A stretch of DNA of 64,000 bases from the human T2T-CHM13v2.0 reference genome, Homo sapiens, in the NCBI RefSeq assembly GCF_009914755.1, contig NC_060947.1; one strand, written 5' to 3'. Shown here piece after piece: positions 47,101 through 64,000 of the stretch; the stretch's first letter is position 1, and every line of letters starts with the position of its first letter. Both the position numbers and the translations under genes were made by a program. The notes beneath the pieces were generated by a model, which saw only the letters and a list, made by a program, of their open reading frames with translations, was not told the DNA's origin and searched no databases.

Positions 47101-48992
47101 GAAATTTGTTGGTTTCTTCTAGATTTTCCAGTATATTCGCATATAGTTCCTCAAACTAGCCACTAATGATCTTTTGAATTTCTGTGGTATCAGTTATAAT
47201 GTTTCCTTCAGCTCTGATTTTGATTATTTGGATTGTCTCTCTTTTTTTCTTAGTCTGGCTAAAGGTTTTCTTTTTTTAACTTTTCAAAAAACCAACTTTT
47301 TGTTACATTGATCTTTTGTATTGTTTTCTTCATTTCAATATCATTTATTTCTGCTCTGATCTTTATTATTTCTTTTCTTCTAATTTTGGGGTTGGTTTGC
47401 TCTTGCTATTCTAGTTCTATAAGATGTATTGTTAGGTTGTTTATTTGAAGCTTTTCTTCTTTTTGGATGTAGGCACTTATAACTGTAAACTTCCCTCTTA
47501 GTCACTGTATCACATAGGTTTTGGTATGTTTTGTTTCCATTACGTGTTTCAAGAAATTTTTCAATTTCCTTCTTAATGTTTTCATTGACCCACTGGTCAT
47601 TCAGGAGTATATTGTTTAATTTCCATGTGTTCGTATAGTTTCCAGAATTTCTCTGTTATTGATTTGTAGTTTTATTCCATTGTGGTCAGAGAAGATGCTT
47701 GATATTATTTCAATTGTTTGAATGTTTTAAGACTTGTTTTGTGACCTAGCATATGGTCTATCCTTGAGAATGATTTCTTTGCTGAGGAAAAGAATGTATA
47801 TTCTGTAGTTGTTGAATAAAATGCTCTCTAAATATCTATTAGATCCTTTTGGTCTATAGTGTAGATTGAATCTGATGTTTCTTTGTTGATTTTCTGTCTG
47901 GAAGTCTCTAGCTATTATTGTATTGGGGTTGATCTCTCTTTTTAGCTCTAAAAATATTTGCTTTATACACCTGGGTGCTCCAGTGTTGAGTGCATATATA
48001 TTTAAAATTGTTATATCCTCTTGCTGAATTGACCCCTTTATGATTGTATAATGACCTTCTTTGTCTCTTACAGTTTTTATCTTGATATCTATTTTGTCCG
48101 ATATGAGTGTAGCTACTCCTGCTCTTTTTTGGTTTCCATTGGCATGGAATATTTTTTCCATCCCTTCATTTTCAATCTGTGTGTATTTTTATAGGTGAAG
48201 TGTGTTTTTTGTAGGCAACAGATGAATGGGTCTTTTTATCCATTCAGCCAGTCTATGTGTTTTGATTGGCGAGTTTAGTCCATTTATATTAAATGTGATT
48301 ATTGATAAGTAAGGACTTACTCCTGCCATTTTGTTATGTGTTTTCAGTTGTTTTGTGGTCTTCTCTCCCTTTTTCCTTTCTTCCTGTCTTCCTTTTAGAG
48401 CAGGTGATTTTCTCTGGTGATACGATTTAGTTTCTTGCTTTTTGTTTTTTGTGTATCCATTGTACATTTCTTTATTGGAGATTACTATGAGGCTTGCAAA
48501 TACCATCCTATAACCCATTATTTTAAGCTGCTAAGAACTTAACACTGTTTGTATAAACAAATAAGCAAGCAAAAAGAAAACTAATACTCTATGCCTTCAC
48601 ATTGTTCCCCTGCTTTTTAACTTTTTATTGTTACTATTTATATCTTATCATACTATGTCTTAAAAATTTGTAGTTATTATTTTTTATTGGTTCATCATTT
48701 AGTCTTTCTACTTAAGAGTAGTTTACACACCACAATTACAGTGGTATCATATTCTTAGTGGTATCATATTCTTTGTTTTTCTGTGTACTTACTATTACCT
48801 GTGAGTTTTGTACCTTCAGGTGATTTCTTATTGCTCATTAATGTCCTTCTCCTTCTGACTGAAACATTCTCTTTCACATTTCTCGTAAGACAGGTTTGGT
48901 ATCGATGAAATCCCTCAGCTTTTGTTTGTCTGAGAAAGTCTTTATTTCTCCTTCATGTTTGAAGGACGTTTTTGCTGAATGTACTATTCTAG

Positions 48993-49358
<366 letters not shown>

Positions 49359-52124
49359 TCCTTCAGTATTTTCAATATGTCATGCCACTGTCTCCTGGCC
49401 TGTTAGGTTGCCAATGAAAAGTCAGCTGCCAGACATATTGGAGCTCTATTGTATGTTATTTGTTTCTTTTCTCTTGCTGCTTTTAGAATCCTTTCTTTAT
49501 CCTTGACCTTTGGGAGTTTGATTATTATTAAATGCCTTGAGGTAGACTTCTTTGTGTTAAATCTGCTTGGTGTTCTGTAGCCTTCTTGTACTTGGATATT
49601 GATATCTTTCTCTCTAGGTTTAGGAAGTTCTGTGTTATTATCCCTTTCAATAAACTTTCTACCCCATCTCTTTTTCTAACTCCTCTTTAAGGCCAATAAC
49701 CCTAGATTTGCCCTTTTGAGGTTATTCTCTAGATCCTGTAGGCATGCTTCACTTTTTAAAATTCTTTTTTCTTTTGTCTTCTCTGACAGTGTATTTTCAA
49801 ATAACTTGTCTTCAAGTTCACTAATTCTTTCTTCTGCTCAATCAGTTCTGCTCTTAAGACTCTGATGCATTCTTCAGTATACCAATTACATCTTTCAGCT
49901 CAAGAATCTCTGTTTGATTCTTTTAAATTATTTCAATCTGTTACATTTATCTGATCAAATTCTGAATTCTCTGTGTTATCTTGAATTTCTTTGAGTTTCC
50001 TCAAAAAAGCTATTTTGTATTCTGTGTCTGAAAGGTCACATATGTGTTTCTCCAGGATTGGTCCCTGGTGCCTTATTTACTTCATTTGGTGAGGTCACAT
50101 TTTCCTGGACTGTCTTGATACTTATAGATGTTCGTCTGTGTCTGGGCATTGTAGTCTTTGTAGTCTGAGCTTGTTTGTACATGCCCTTCTTGGAAAGGCT
50201 TTCCAGATACTTGAAAGCACTTGAGTGTTGTGATCTAATCTGTACTGCTTTAGGGGGGACTCCAAGCCCAGTAACAGTGTGGTTCTTGCAGACTCATAGA
50301 GGTACTGCCTTGATGGTCTTAGACAAGATCCATAATTCTCTGGATTACCAGGCAGAGACTCTTGTTCTCATCCCTTACTTTCTTCCATACAAATGGAGTC
50401 TCTCTCTGTTCTGAGCCACCTGGAGCTGGAGCTGGAGTGACACAAGCACCCCTGTGGCTACCACCACTGTTACTGTGCTGAATCACACCTGATGCCAGCA
50501 CAGTGCTGGATTTTGCCCAAGGCCCGCTGTAACCACTCCCTGGCTTACACCTATGTTTGCTCAAAGTCCTTGGCCTCTACAATCAGCAGGTGGCAAAGCC
50601 AGCCAGGCCTATGTTCTTCCCTTCAAGGCAGCGAGCTCCCCCAAGGACCTGGGCAGGTCCAGAGTTGCCGTCAAAACTTTAGAGTCAGAAACCTTAGAAG
50701 TCCACTTGGTGTTCTATTGTACTGCAGCTGAGTTGGCACTCAAACCACAAGACACAGTCCTTCCCATTCATCCTGCTCCTTTCCAAAGGCATAGGATCCT
50801 CACCTCATGACCACTGCTACCATAGGCCTCTGGGGACTACTGCCGATGCTCCCTTCAAGGCCCAAGGGCTCCTCAATCTCCTTGTAGTGAATGCTGCCTG
50901 GCCTGGGACTCACTCTTCAGGGGAGTAGCCTCCTCTCTGGCCCAGAGCAGGTCCAGAAATGCCATCCAAGAGCCAAGTCCTGGAATCAGGGACCCCAAGA
51001 GCCTGCTTGGTGCTCTACCCGCTTAGTTGCCAAGCTGGTACCTAAGGTGCAAGACAAAGTTCCCTTTACTTTTCCCTCTGCTTTTCTCGGGTAAGAGGAA
51101 TCTTGCCCCATAGCCACCACAGCTAATGTGCTGAGTCTCACATGAAGCCAGCAAGCCTCAGTGTCTCACCCAAAGACACTTGATGTAGTACCTGAGTATC
51201 GCTGCTGGTTATTCAAGGCCCAAGGACTCTTCAGTTAGCAGGTGATGAATCCTGCCAGGACTGGGTCCTTCCCTTCAAGGCAGCGGGTTCGCTTCTGGCC
51301 TAGGATGTGTCTAGGAATGTCCAGGAGCTAGGGCCTGGAAAGGGGGCCTCATGACTCTGACCCATGCCCTATTCTGCTGTGACTGAGCTGGCATCTAAGA
51401 TGCAAGACAAAGTCTTCCCCACTCTTTCATCTCCTCTCCTCAAGTGGAAGGAAAGGGTCTCTTTGGAGCCTTGAGCTGCATAGCCTGGGGCTAGGGGAGG
51501 GGTGATGCCAGCAATCTCTTAGCTGCCCCGGCTGGTATCTCAGTAGGTTGTGTTCCCCCTAGTCCACTGGCTCTGTGCCCAGTTCAGCACTAGGACTCAC
51601 CTAGGAGTTGCAGTCCTTGTGGGATAGACTGCCTTTCAAGTTTATTTGGGGCCCCAGAGCACTTTAGCTAGTTGTGGCAAGGCTTGCCAGAACTCAAGTT
51701 CTGACCACTGGGATCTGTGATTCTCCTTTGGCTTGGGCTGGTTTAAATGCACCCTCCATGGGCAAGCATCAGCTACATTTGGTCTGGTTTTTCTTCGTGC
51801 TATCACAAAGGCAGCACTGAGTTCAATGACTCACAATTGCTGGCTCTCCCTCTCCTGAGGGGACAAAAACACCATCCACACCACACCTTGGCTGCCAGGG
51901 GATGGGGGAGAGGGGAGGAGTGGCATGGGCGATTCAAGACTGTTTTATCTACCTCTTTAGTGCCTCTTTCAGTGATATGAAGTTAAAACTAGGTACTGTG
52001 AGTGCTCACCTCATTTTTGGTTCTTACAAAGGTGCTTTTTGTGTGTGTGGATAGTTGCTAAATTAGTATCCTTGCAGGGGAGATGATCAGTGGGGCCTTC
52101 TATTCCACCTCTCAAGCCACCCCC

Positions 52125-52259
52125 ATTTTTCTATTTTTTGTAAAGAACAGGGGTCTCACTATGTGGTTCAGGCTGGTCTCAAACTCCTGGTCTCAAGTGA
52201 TTCTCTTGCCTTGGCCTCCCATAATGCTGGGATTACAGGAGTGAGCCACGACACTTAGC

Positions 52260-52260
<1 letters not shown>
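52125..52260 (-). mobile_element. FLAM or Alu left monomer
   Basis: ggtctcactatgtggttcaggctggtctc...gggattacaggagtgagccac. Confidence 0.85.
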
Positions 52261-54439
<2,179 letters not shown>

Positions 54440-54440
<1 letters not shown>

Positions 54441-55005
54441 ACAACTGGAAGCAATCTAAATGTCCTTCATTAGATGAATGGTTAAACAAACTGTGGTATA
54501 GCCATACCATGGAAGACTTCTCAGCCATAAAAGGGAACAAACTGTTGATACATGCAACTTATATGGCTCGCAAGAGCATTTTGCCAAGTGAAAAAGGTCA
54601 ATCTCAAAGGTCACATACTGTATGATTTCATTTATATAACATTCTCAAAATGATAAAACCATAGAGATGCTGAGCAGATTTGTAGTTACCAGGAGTTAGG
54701 CATGGTGGATGGGAAGGGAATGGATGTGACTATGAACGATAGGTAGGAGGGAGATCTTGGTAATGATGGAACTGTTCTGTGTCTTGATTGTGATGGTGAG
54801 GTTACACAAATCAATGCACGTGATAAATGGCATAAAATTATACATACACATTGTACCAATGTCAGTTTCCTGGATTTGATATTGTACGATGGTTACCTAA
54901 GATGTAACCACCGGGAGAAACTGGGTGAAGGGTACATAGCAATTCTCTTTATTATTTTCACAACTTTCTGTGAACTACGATTACTTAGAAATAAAAAGTT
55001 AAAAT
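54440..55005 (+). mobile_element. L1MC/MD-type 3' end
   Basis: aactggaagcaatctaaatgtcc...gggagaaactgggtgaagggtacat...aaataaaaagtt. Confidence 0.75.
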
Positions 55006-55125
55006 TGTGAAATAAGCTAAAATGAAAAGTAATGAGCTAAGCATTGAACTTAAAAAGTTAATAAAAGAGAAACAGGATAAACCCAAGGAAAAGAGATAAT
55101 AAAGCTAAATAATAAAAGAGAAGAC

Positions 55126-55420
55126 AGGCTGGATATGGTGGCTAACACCTCTAATACCAGTGCTTTGGGAGGCTAAGGTGGGAAGATTGCTTGAGGCCAG
55201 GAGTTTGAAACAAGCCTGGGCAATATAGCAAGACCCTTTCTCTACAAAAAGTTTTTAAAGTTACCTGGCACATGCCTGTAGTCTTAGCTACTCAGGAGGC
55301 TGAGGCAAGAAGATCTCTTGAGCTCAGGAGTTTGAGGTTAGAGTGGGCTATGATCACACCACTGCACTTTAGCCTAGGCACAGAGCAAGACCCTGTCTCT
55401 GAAAACAAGCCAAAAAAACA
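55126..55420 (+). mobile_element. AluJ
   Basis: gggaagattgcttgaggccaggagttt. Confidence 0.88.
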
Positions 55421-56279
55421 AAAGACAGACAACAAAGAGGATCAACAAAGTCAAAAACTGGTGTATTGAAGAGATAATACTATGAAAATTTTAATGCCAA
55501 TATATTTAGGACTTGAAAAAGGCAAAACTCCTAGGAAATATAACCAACCCTAACTGACTCAAAGAAAAATAGCAATCTTGAGTAGTCCTATAAACAATGA
55601 GGGAATAAAATCAATATGTAAAAGCATCATGCCCCGATTATTTTGTTGTCAAGTTCTACTAAGCATTTAAGAAAGAAATCATTCCAATATTATAAACATT
55701 CTTCCAGGGAATAGAAATAGAAAGAAAACTCTCTAGCTCTCCAACTGCTTTGAGAGCTGTGTTATATACAACCTCCATAGCAAAAACAGAAAAGTATAAG
55801 CAAAGAATACTACAGAACAATTTCACTCACCAATGCAGATATAAAAACCTAAACAAAATATATACAAACTGAATCCAGCAATGAAGAGACAGAAAACATT
55901 AAAACTAAGCTGTGCTTATCCCGGGAAGGTAAAGTTAATTAAATTTTAGAAAATCCATTATTTTTATTCACTGATAAAAACAGAAAAAACAAATTATCTT
56001 AACAAATACAGTACAAGCATTCAATGTAATTCAATGCCTATTTGGAATAGAATTGCCTAACAATCTAGGAATAACAGATACTTAATAAAATTTATTTACC
56101 AAACACCTAAAATCAACCTAATACCTAAATCTGAAACATGAGAACATTACCTTAAAAATTAAATCAAGAACAAAACAAGGATTATTACTGCCTCTATTCA
56201 ACATCTAACTAGAGATTCTGTCCAGTTAAGTAAAATGATAGCAGAAATTAAAAACTCAGGGGTGAAATTCAAGGACAAA

Positions 56280-56975
56280 AAGAAGAAAAATAGTGAGGAA
56301 AGAAACGTGAAAAAATTAAACAACCAGACAAAGTGGTAGCAACACTTGAAAAATGTGAGTTATAGAAAAGAATGCTGAAAGCAGAGGTGGGAAAGTTATC
56401 ACTGAAAGAATAAAAAAAAATTTTCTCCAAACTCAGGGACGTGAATTGTCAGATAAAAGGAGCCTGCCTGGAACACAGCACAGTGGGAGAAAATAGGCTT
56501 ACATCAAGATAACTTCAACACAATAGGAATAAACAGAAGTTTCTAGAAGAGAAAAAATATATTTTATACAAAGGATCAGATAGGAGAATGGCTCTATTCT
56601 TCTTAACAGCAGCAAAGGAGGCAAGAAAACAATGAAGCAATGGCTCTAAAATTTTGAAGGAAAATTATTTTCATGCTACAATTTTTATTCAACTAAACTA
56701 TCATTTTAGAGTGAGTAAATAAAGGTATTTGTAGACATGCAAGGTCTCAAATTACTTGTTCCCCAACCACAGTTTCCCAAGAAGCCACTGGAGGAGGTGC
56801 TCACCAAAATATGAAGAGTAAATCAAGACATAGGAAGATATAAGACACAGGGAACAGGAGATTCAATGTAGTAAACAGATTAAGGGAGTTCCCAGGTAGC
56901 TGGTAAAGGGATATCTTGGGATGACAGCAGTGCACCGGACATGTGCAGCCAGTCCAGATTGGAGCAGGAGACTCA
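56280..56975 (+). mobile_element. HAL1-like (Half-L1) remnant
   Basis: gacatgcaaggtctcaaa...aagaagccactggaggaggtgctcaccaaaa...ggaacaggagattcaa resembles recalled HAL1. Confidence 0.6.
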
Positions 56976-57433
56976 AGCGCTAAGCATATTGAGGGATGCC
57001 ATTACCAAGTTGCCCATTGCCTTTGCACCATCTTTTTACCATGAGAGCAGCTTACCTGAGTAACTCTGACCAAGATTTTTCTTTTTGACTTGTCTTAACC
57101 AAAACTTACATTAATAATAAACTTGTGGCTCTCCCCAGCATGATCTGCTTCCTGGATTTACTGAGGGGATGGACTCATCTCACCCACAGGAATGTTCTGC
57201 TTTGACCTTTTCCTAGGAGCTAGAGCTGGTGTCTTGCCACAGATGCAGACATTTTTTCATGTGGCCATTTCTCATACACTTTAAAAAATTCAAAGACATA
57301 ATATCTGGCGTCAACCAGTGAAGATATTTACATTTATTAACATTTATATTGGTAATAATATGCCCCTGGTATGTTGCTTTCTAGGGATCTAACAATACAG
57401 GAGAATAGCTTAGAGAAAACAAAGAATGAGTGG

Positions 57434-57892
57434 TATATTAGTTTCCTGTGGCTGCTGTAACAAATTGCCATAAATTGGGTGGCTTAAAACAACAGAAATA
57501 TATTCTCACACAGTTCTGGAGATCTGTTATCTCTGAAATCAAGGTGTCGCAGGGCGGCACTCTCTCTGGAGGCTGTAGAAGAGAATTTGTTTTCTGCCTC
57601 TTCCAGCTTTTGGTGGCTGTGTTTGTTGGCTTTTGGCTGCATTACTCCAATCTTCACCTCCATGAACACCTTGCCTCCTCTTCTCTGTGTCTCTCCTTTT
57701 GTGTATCTCATATAAGGACATTCAATATTGGCTTTAGGGACTACCTGGATAATCCAGGAAAATCTCCTCCTCTCAAGATCCTTAATTTAATTACATCTGC
57801 AAAGACACTTTTTCCAAATAAGGTCACATTTATAAGTTCCAGAGATTCAGATGTGGACATAGCCTGGAAGTCCTGCCATTCAACCCACTACA
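57434..57892 (-). mobile_element. MaLR solo LTR (MLT1C-like)
   Basis: tattagtttcctgtggctgctgtaacaaattgcca...ttcaacccactaca; TSD agtgg/aatgg. Confidence 0.85.
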
Positions 57893-58337
57893 AATGGCTA
57901 GCAAATCCCTCAATTTAGTGTTTCTCAGATTTCAGCAAGATACAGATTACTTCTAAAATAAAGACATTTTCATAGAAAACAGAACAAACACAATTTCCAA
58001 GAAATTTTTGTGTGTGAAATTTGACAAACTGATTTAAAATTTATATGATACAGCGGAGTGAAGAACAGCCCAGACACGCGTGGAGAAGAATGACAAGGTT
58101 AAGGGAACCCTGCTCCAAGTCTTATAAATTTATAGTAATTAAGGCACTAAGACACTGGCTCAGAGATAGACAAATGAACCAGCAGAACACAATAACACAA
58201 TCAGTAACCCAGCAAGACGTCAAAACATACAGACACTTGATATATGACAGAGGCATTATTGCAAATTAACAGTCATTTGTATGAAAAAAATGGACCTTTA
58301 CCTAATACCATAAAAAAATCACTTTTCAGGTCGTTCA

Positions 58338-59921
<1,584 letters not shown>

Positions 59922-60006
59922 AAAAGAATATCTGATGATCTCAGGAATCCAAATATCCATCAATAGGAAAAGAGTTAAATAATAGATATTCACACAATAA
60001 AATACT

Positions 60007-60206
60007 TGTGAGCTTTTCCTCTAAGAACCAGAACAAGACAAAGATGCTTATTCTTACCACTCTTATTCAACATAGTACTGGAAGTCCTAGCCAGAGCAAT
60101 TATGCAAGAGAAAGAAATAAAGGGCATCCGAATTGGAAAGGAGGAAGTCAAATTGTCCCTGTTAGCAGATGACATGATCTTATGTAGAGAATAACATAAA
60201 GACTCT
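60007..60206 (+). mobile_element. Short L1 ORF2 RT-domain fragment
   Basis: ttcaacatagtactggaagtcctagccagagcaat...gcagatgacatgatc (ADDM motif). Confidence 0.85.
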
Positions 60207-60370
60207 ATGGTAGTGCTGTCAGCAGTTCACCTTCAGTGGTGGGACCTCAGGGACTGCCTCAGTTGCAGAGAGCTGCCTGGTCCAAGATCACCTTCCTTGC
60301 TGGGGTGGCCACATCCAATGACTGATCAGTCCAACTCAGGACAAGTGGGAATATTTTGAAGGGCTATTCT
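60207..60370 (+). mobile_element. ERVL LTR16-like fragment
   Basis: gagagctgcctggtccaagatcacc...cacatccaatgactgatc. Confidence 0.5.
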
Positions 60371-60374
60371 AGTT

Positions 60375-60869
60375 TCATTTTATTGGCTCATGATATTGCA
60401 GGTGAGGAATTTAGTCAGGGCTTAGCTGGGCAGTTTTGCCCCACATAGGATCAGCTGGGGTCATTCACTCCGCTGCATTCAGTCCGTGATTGGACTGAGC
60501 TAGGAGGTGCCATATGGCTTCATGCACATGTCTGGCACCTCAGTGCTCCTCCAAGTGGCTTCTCTCTTACTATAGGGTCAGCTTCAGCTTAGACTTCCTC
60601 ACAACATGGTGGTCTTGGAGTAATCAGATTTCTTACATGGTAGCTTGGAGCATTACAAATGGTAAAGGAAGAAGTTAGAGACCTCTTACTTCTTAGTCTT
60701 GGAAGTTACTACATTCTATTAGTTGAAATAAGTCACAAGGCCAGCCCAGATCCACAAGGAGGAAAAATACTCTCCATTTCTTGATGGGGGCATGACAAGG
60801 TCACATTGCAAAAAAGCTTCTGGGATGGGAGATATTTTGTGGACATAGTTGGAAACACAATCTGTCACA
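60375..60869 (-). mobile_element. MaLR LTR (MLT1H/G-like)
   Basis: cagggcttagctgggcag...gcttcatgcacatgtctggc...agtcacaaggccagcccagat. Confidence 0.75.
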
Positions 60870-60992
60870 GCCTTATGTACAGCCAAGCAGGTTCTACACT
60901 GTACAACTCCAGGGGTTATCATTCACCCAGACCTCAAGGCAAACAGCCCCCCCTAGAGTTGTGCAGTACACAGCTGGCATAATTGGTCCCCA
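60870..60992. mobile_element. MER91-like hAT-Tip100 MITE
   Basis: Internal inverted repeat actgtacaactccagggg / cccctagagttgtgcagt. Confidence 0.7.
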
Positions 60993-60999
60993 GAGCAGT

Positions 61000-61570
61000 A
61001 GACTCTCACACACATAATGCTTATCAAAAAGCAAGTTATAGATGAATATATGCAATATTTTACCATTTACATGAAGTTTAAAATGTCAAATGAAAGAATA
61101 TTTTATATTCATACATTAAAATGTAGTAAGCCTAAAAAAAATAAGCAAGGAAATGAGAAACACAAAATTTAGAAAAGGGGAGGAAGATGTGGCCTTTTAA
61201 GATCGGGAGGAACACAGAAACATCAATGGTCTTGGTAATAATTTATTGCTTTAGTTAGGTGGTAGATATATGGGCGTTTGTTATCTACCTAACATTCTTT
61301 TGTATGTACAAAATACTCCACACTCAATTAAGAATGAAAACAAATAATACAGTAAAATAGAAAAAGTAAAATAAAGATTAATTCAAGATTGCCGTAGGCT
61401 CTGGAATAATGGAAAGAGATATGACAAGAGAAGTTTATTCAAGGGATGTAGTAGTGTTAAATGATATTTATTAGGTCAGCTTGGTAAATATTTGCTACAT
61501 TTTTCTTTATATCTTACAAATTGATTCTATACCTTCTTTTGTTTGTGCTAATATCTCATAATAAATGCAT
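61000..61570 (+). mobile_element. L1ME-type 3' remnants
   Basis: aagcaagttatagatgaatata...taccatttacatgaagttt...gaaacacaaaatttag. Confidence 0.55.
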
Positions 61571-61574
61571 TCAT

Positions 61575-61685
61575 TAAAAAAATCATTTATTGAGCACTTG
61601 ATATATGCTGGGCACTGTTCCAGGCCCTTGGGATACACTGATGAACAAAACTGGCAAAAATCGCTGTCCTCATGTGGTTTTCATT
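61575..61685 (-). mobile_element. L2 3' end
   Basis: catttattgagcacttgatatatgctgggcactgttccaggcccttgggataca. Confidence 0.8.
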
Positions 61686-61980
61686 CTTTTTTTTTTTTTC
61701 TTCACGAATACCAGAAAATTGTGAACTAAAGTGGAAGCAGTAATAACAGTCAGCCCTGAGGACAGGCAATAAACAAGGGCATTGTCTTTAGGGAATTTGA
61801 AAACAATAGCATGAATGAAAATTAGTCTGTCTTTTACTATATCAGTGTGTCAACAATTCTAAACAATATCAGTGATACAATACTCTTCCCCACTGGAGTA
61901 CAAGTCTCCTTCCATCCTCTCCTTTATAGCAGAAGCACTTAGGGCATACATTATGGTTTCTTACATTCTAATTCTGTGTA

Positions 61981-62285
<305 letters not shown>

Positions 62286-63689
62286 AATTCCATGTAAATT
62301 AATGATCTAACACACTATACATCGTTTCCAAGATGTAACACGGATTTAGTCTTTCAGAACAAATTTTTGTGTTGCCATTTACATTTTTGTGCTAAATCCA
62401 GGGGAGAGAAAAAATGGGTGAAGAGTAGAGAAAGAGAAAAAGAGAGAAGTGGCAGATACATGCTAGCTGGTCATTGAGGGTACAGAAGGTGACTATTGGC
62501 TGTCAGAAAGTGTAGACCATGGAATCAGTGGTGAATAGAATGGTGCCTTAACAAGGATTAGTCCCACCTGGGAATAATTACTTCCATCTGGATGTAACTC
62601 ACAGTACTCAGAGAGTATACAATAGAAACAAAGTCTAAACATCTCACTCTAGAAAGGCCACAGGTAAGCCTGTAAACAAAAAAGAAAGAAATATTCAACT
62701 TCTTTTTCCAGGATGCAAAGTGATAACATCAAACTCAATCTAAACCAAGAGTATAAAATAAAAGTTGAAGCGGAGGAATGCATTGTCATTGTGAGAGAGA
62801 TCGATTTTAATAGTGGATACAGTCTGAAATGGTTGAAGTTGTCATCATGTCATGCCTTTGTGAAAAAAAAAATTGGAGGAAAGAGACCACTGTTTAAGGA
62901 CCAGTCATTGAATTTATATCATGGTTAAATATAAAAAGACTACCATTTCTGTTTTTAGAATCTTTCATTGCGATTGTAACAGCCATGTCAGAAGAGCCTA
63001 TTTTACTCTTAAGACTCCTAAATTTATGTCCAGCATTTTCCAGAGTCACTCTGAAGATAAGATGACATAAATATTGTAATGTTTGTCACACATTCTCTTT
63101 TCAGAGAATCAGGGTGGCATTCTAAAGAGGTAGTTTTTGAGAAAACCAGGCACACGCATATGGAACCATTTAAGTCATTTGTTGTGACAGTAATAAGAAA
63201 TTGAGTAAGCTATATTTCAACAAAGAAAACTTCTGTAGGAGGGAAGTCAAGAACTCTAAAAGACATTGTGTTAGGATCAAATCCACTCACAGCTCAGTTC
63301 TTCACAAAAACCTTAGCTTGATTTTTCAGCAAACTAGTCCTTGGATGTAGTGGAATATACTGTGTGAGTTATAGGAAGAGAATTTTTCCTAGAACTATTC
63401 AAACATGCAGTCAAAGGCAGAAGAATGCTTGTATAATTTCAAAGCAGGCTTGAGTAAACAACACCTGAAATAGATAGCTATTGTGATCTGCCGCTTTCTC
63501 TTCCCCTCTTCTAGAAACAGCTCACCACATTTTATATAAACTGTCCCCTCTACCACTCCACTTAACTGCTCACAGTGTGGTAACCAGTCATACTTGTGCC
63601 CATGTGACCCATATGACCCCATAGAATTCATTCTGTTTTTACATGGAACTTGACAGGATCAATCTCTCTCAGACAGCAGAACTGTGACT

Positions 63690-64000
63690 CAACCTGGTCT
63701 CAGCCACGATCATATCTCCCTTGAATGATTGCAATAGGTACCTAACTGGTCTCCCTACTTCCACCCTTGCCTCTCTACAGTTCACTCTCAACACAGAAGC
63801 CAGAGGTGAACGCAAATCAGATAATGTCACTTCTCCATGCAAAACCCTCTAGTAGTTGCCTAACTCATACTCTAAGTCAAGGTCAAAGTCTTTGCTATGA
63901 CTCACAGAACTCTACAGAATCTGCCCCGCATTCTCTTACCTCCCTGGCCTCATGTCTTTGCTCACTCCTATTTAGCCTTAGACCTGTTGCTGTTCCTCAC
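63690..64000 (+). mobile_element. L2 fragment (runs off window end)
   Basis: cctaactggtctccctacttccacccttgcc...ctcaacacagaagccagag...aaatcagataatgtcact. Confidence 0.8.

Noticed and set aside
60895-60970. Hairpin as a novel structured RNA
   Set aside because: Explained by the internal inverted repeat of a MER91-like MITE

Overview
Primate (very probably human) genomic DNA, CpG-poor, with no CpG island and no recognisable protein-coding exon. It is intergenic or deep intronic. Most of the window is layered transposable-element debris: about 30 Alus (J, S and Y types), several L1s (two multi-kb L1MA-type copies, a 5'-inverted L1PA15/16-like copy and a young internal L1PA piece), L2/MIR/CR1 remnants, solo LTRs (MER41B, MER68/77, MST/MLT, two MER34/39-like) and DNA transposons (full-length Tigger1, Tigger3b, Tigger4b, MER2, MER33, MER20, MER91). 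It also holds an hY3 retrocopy and a tailless U6 retrocopy. Nearly all listed ORFs are Alu, L1 or Tigger translations. I found no support for a new biological system. The notable observations are mechanistic oddities: a 42-bp inverted duplication inside Tigger1, a tailless U6 copy whose target site was re-used by an Alu, a tail-less and TSD-less internal L1PA insertion keeping a 376-codon endonuclease ORF (E43K), and a MER41B with one STAT GAS site kept and one apparently deleted. Repeat family names come from recalled consensus sequences, not a RepeatMasker run, so subfamily calls and the boundaries of old elements are approximate.
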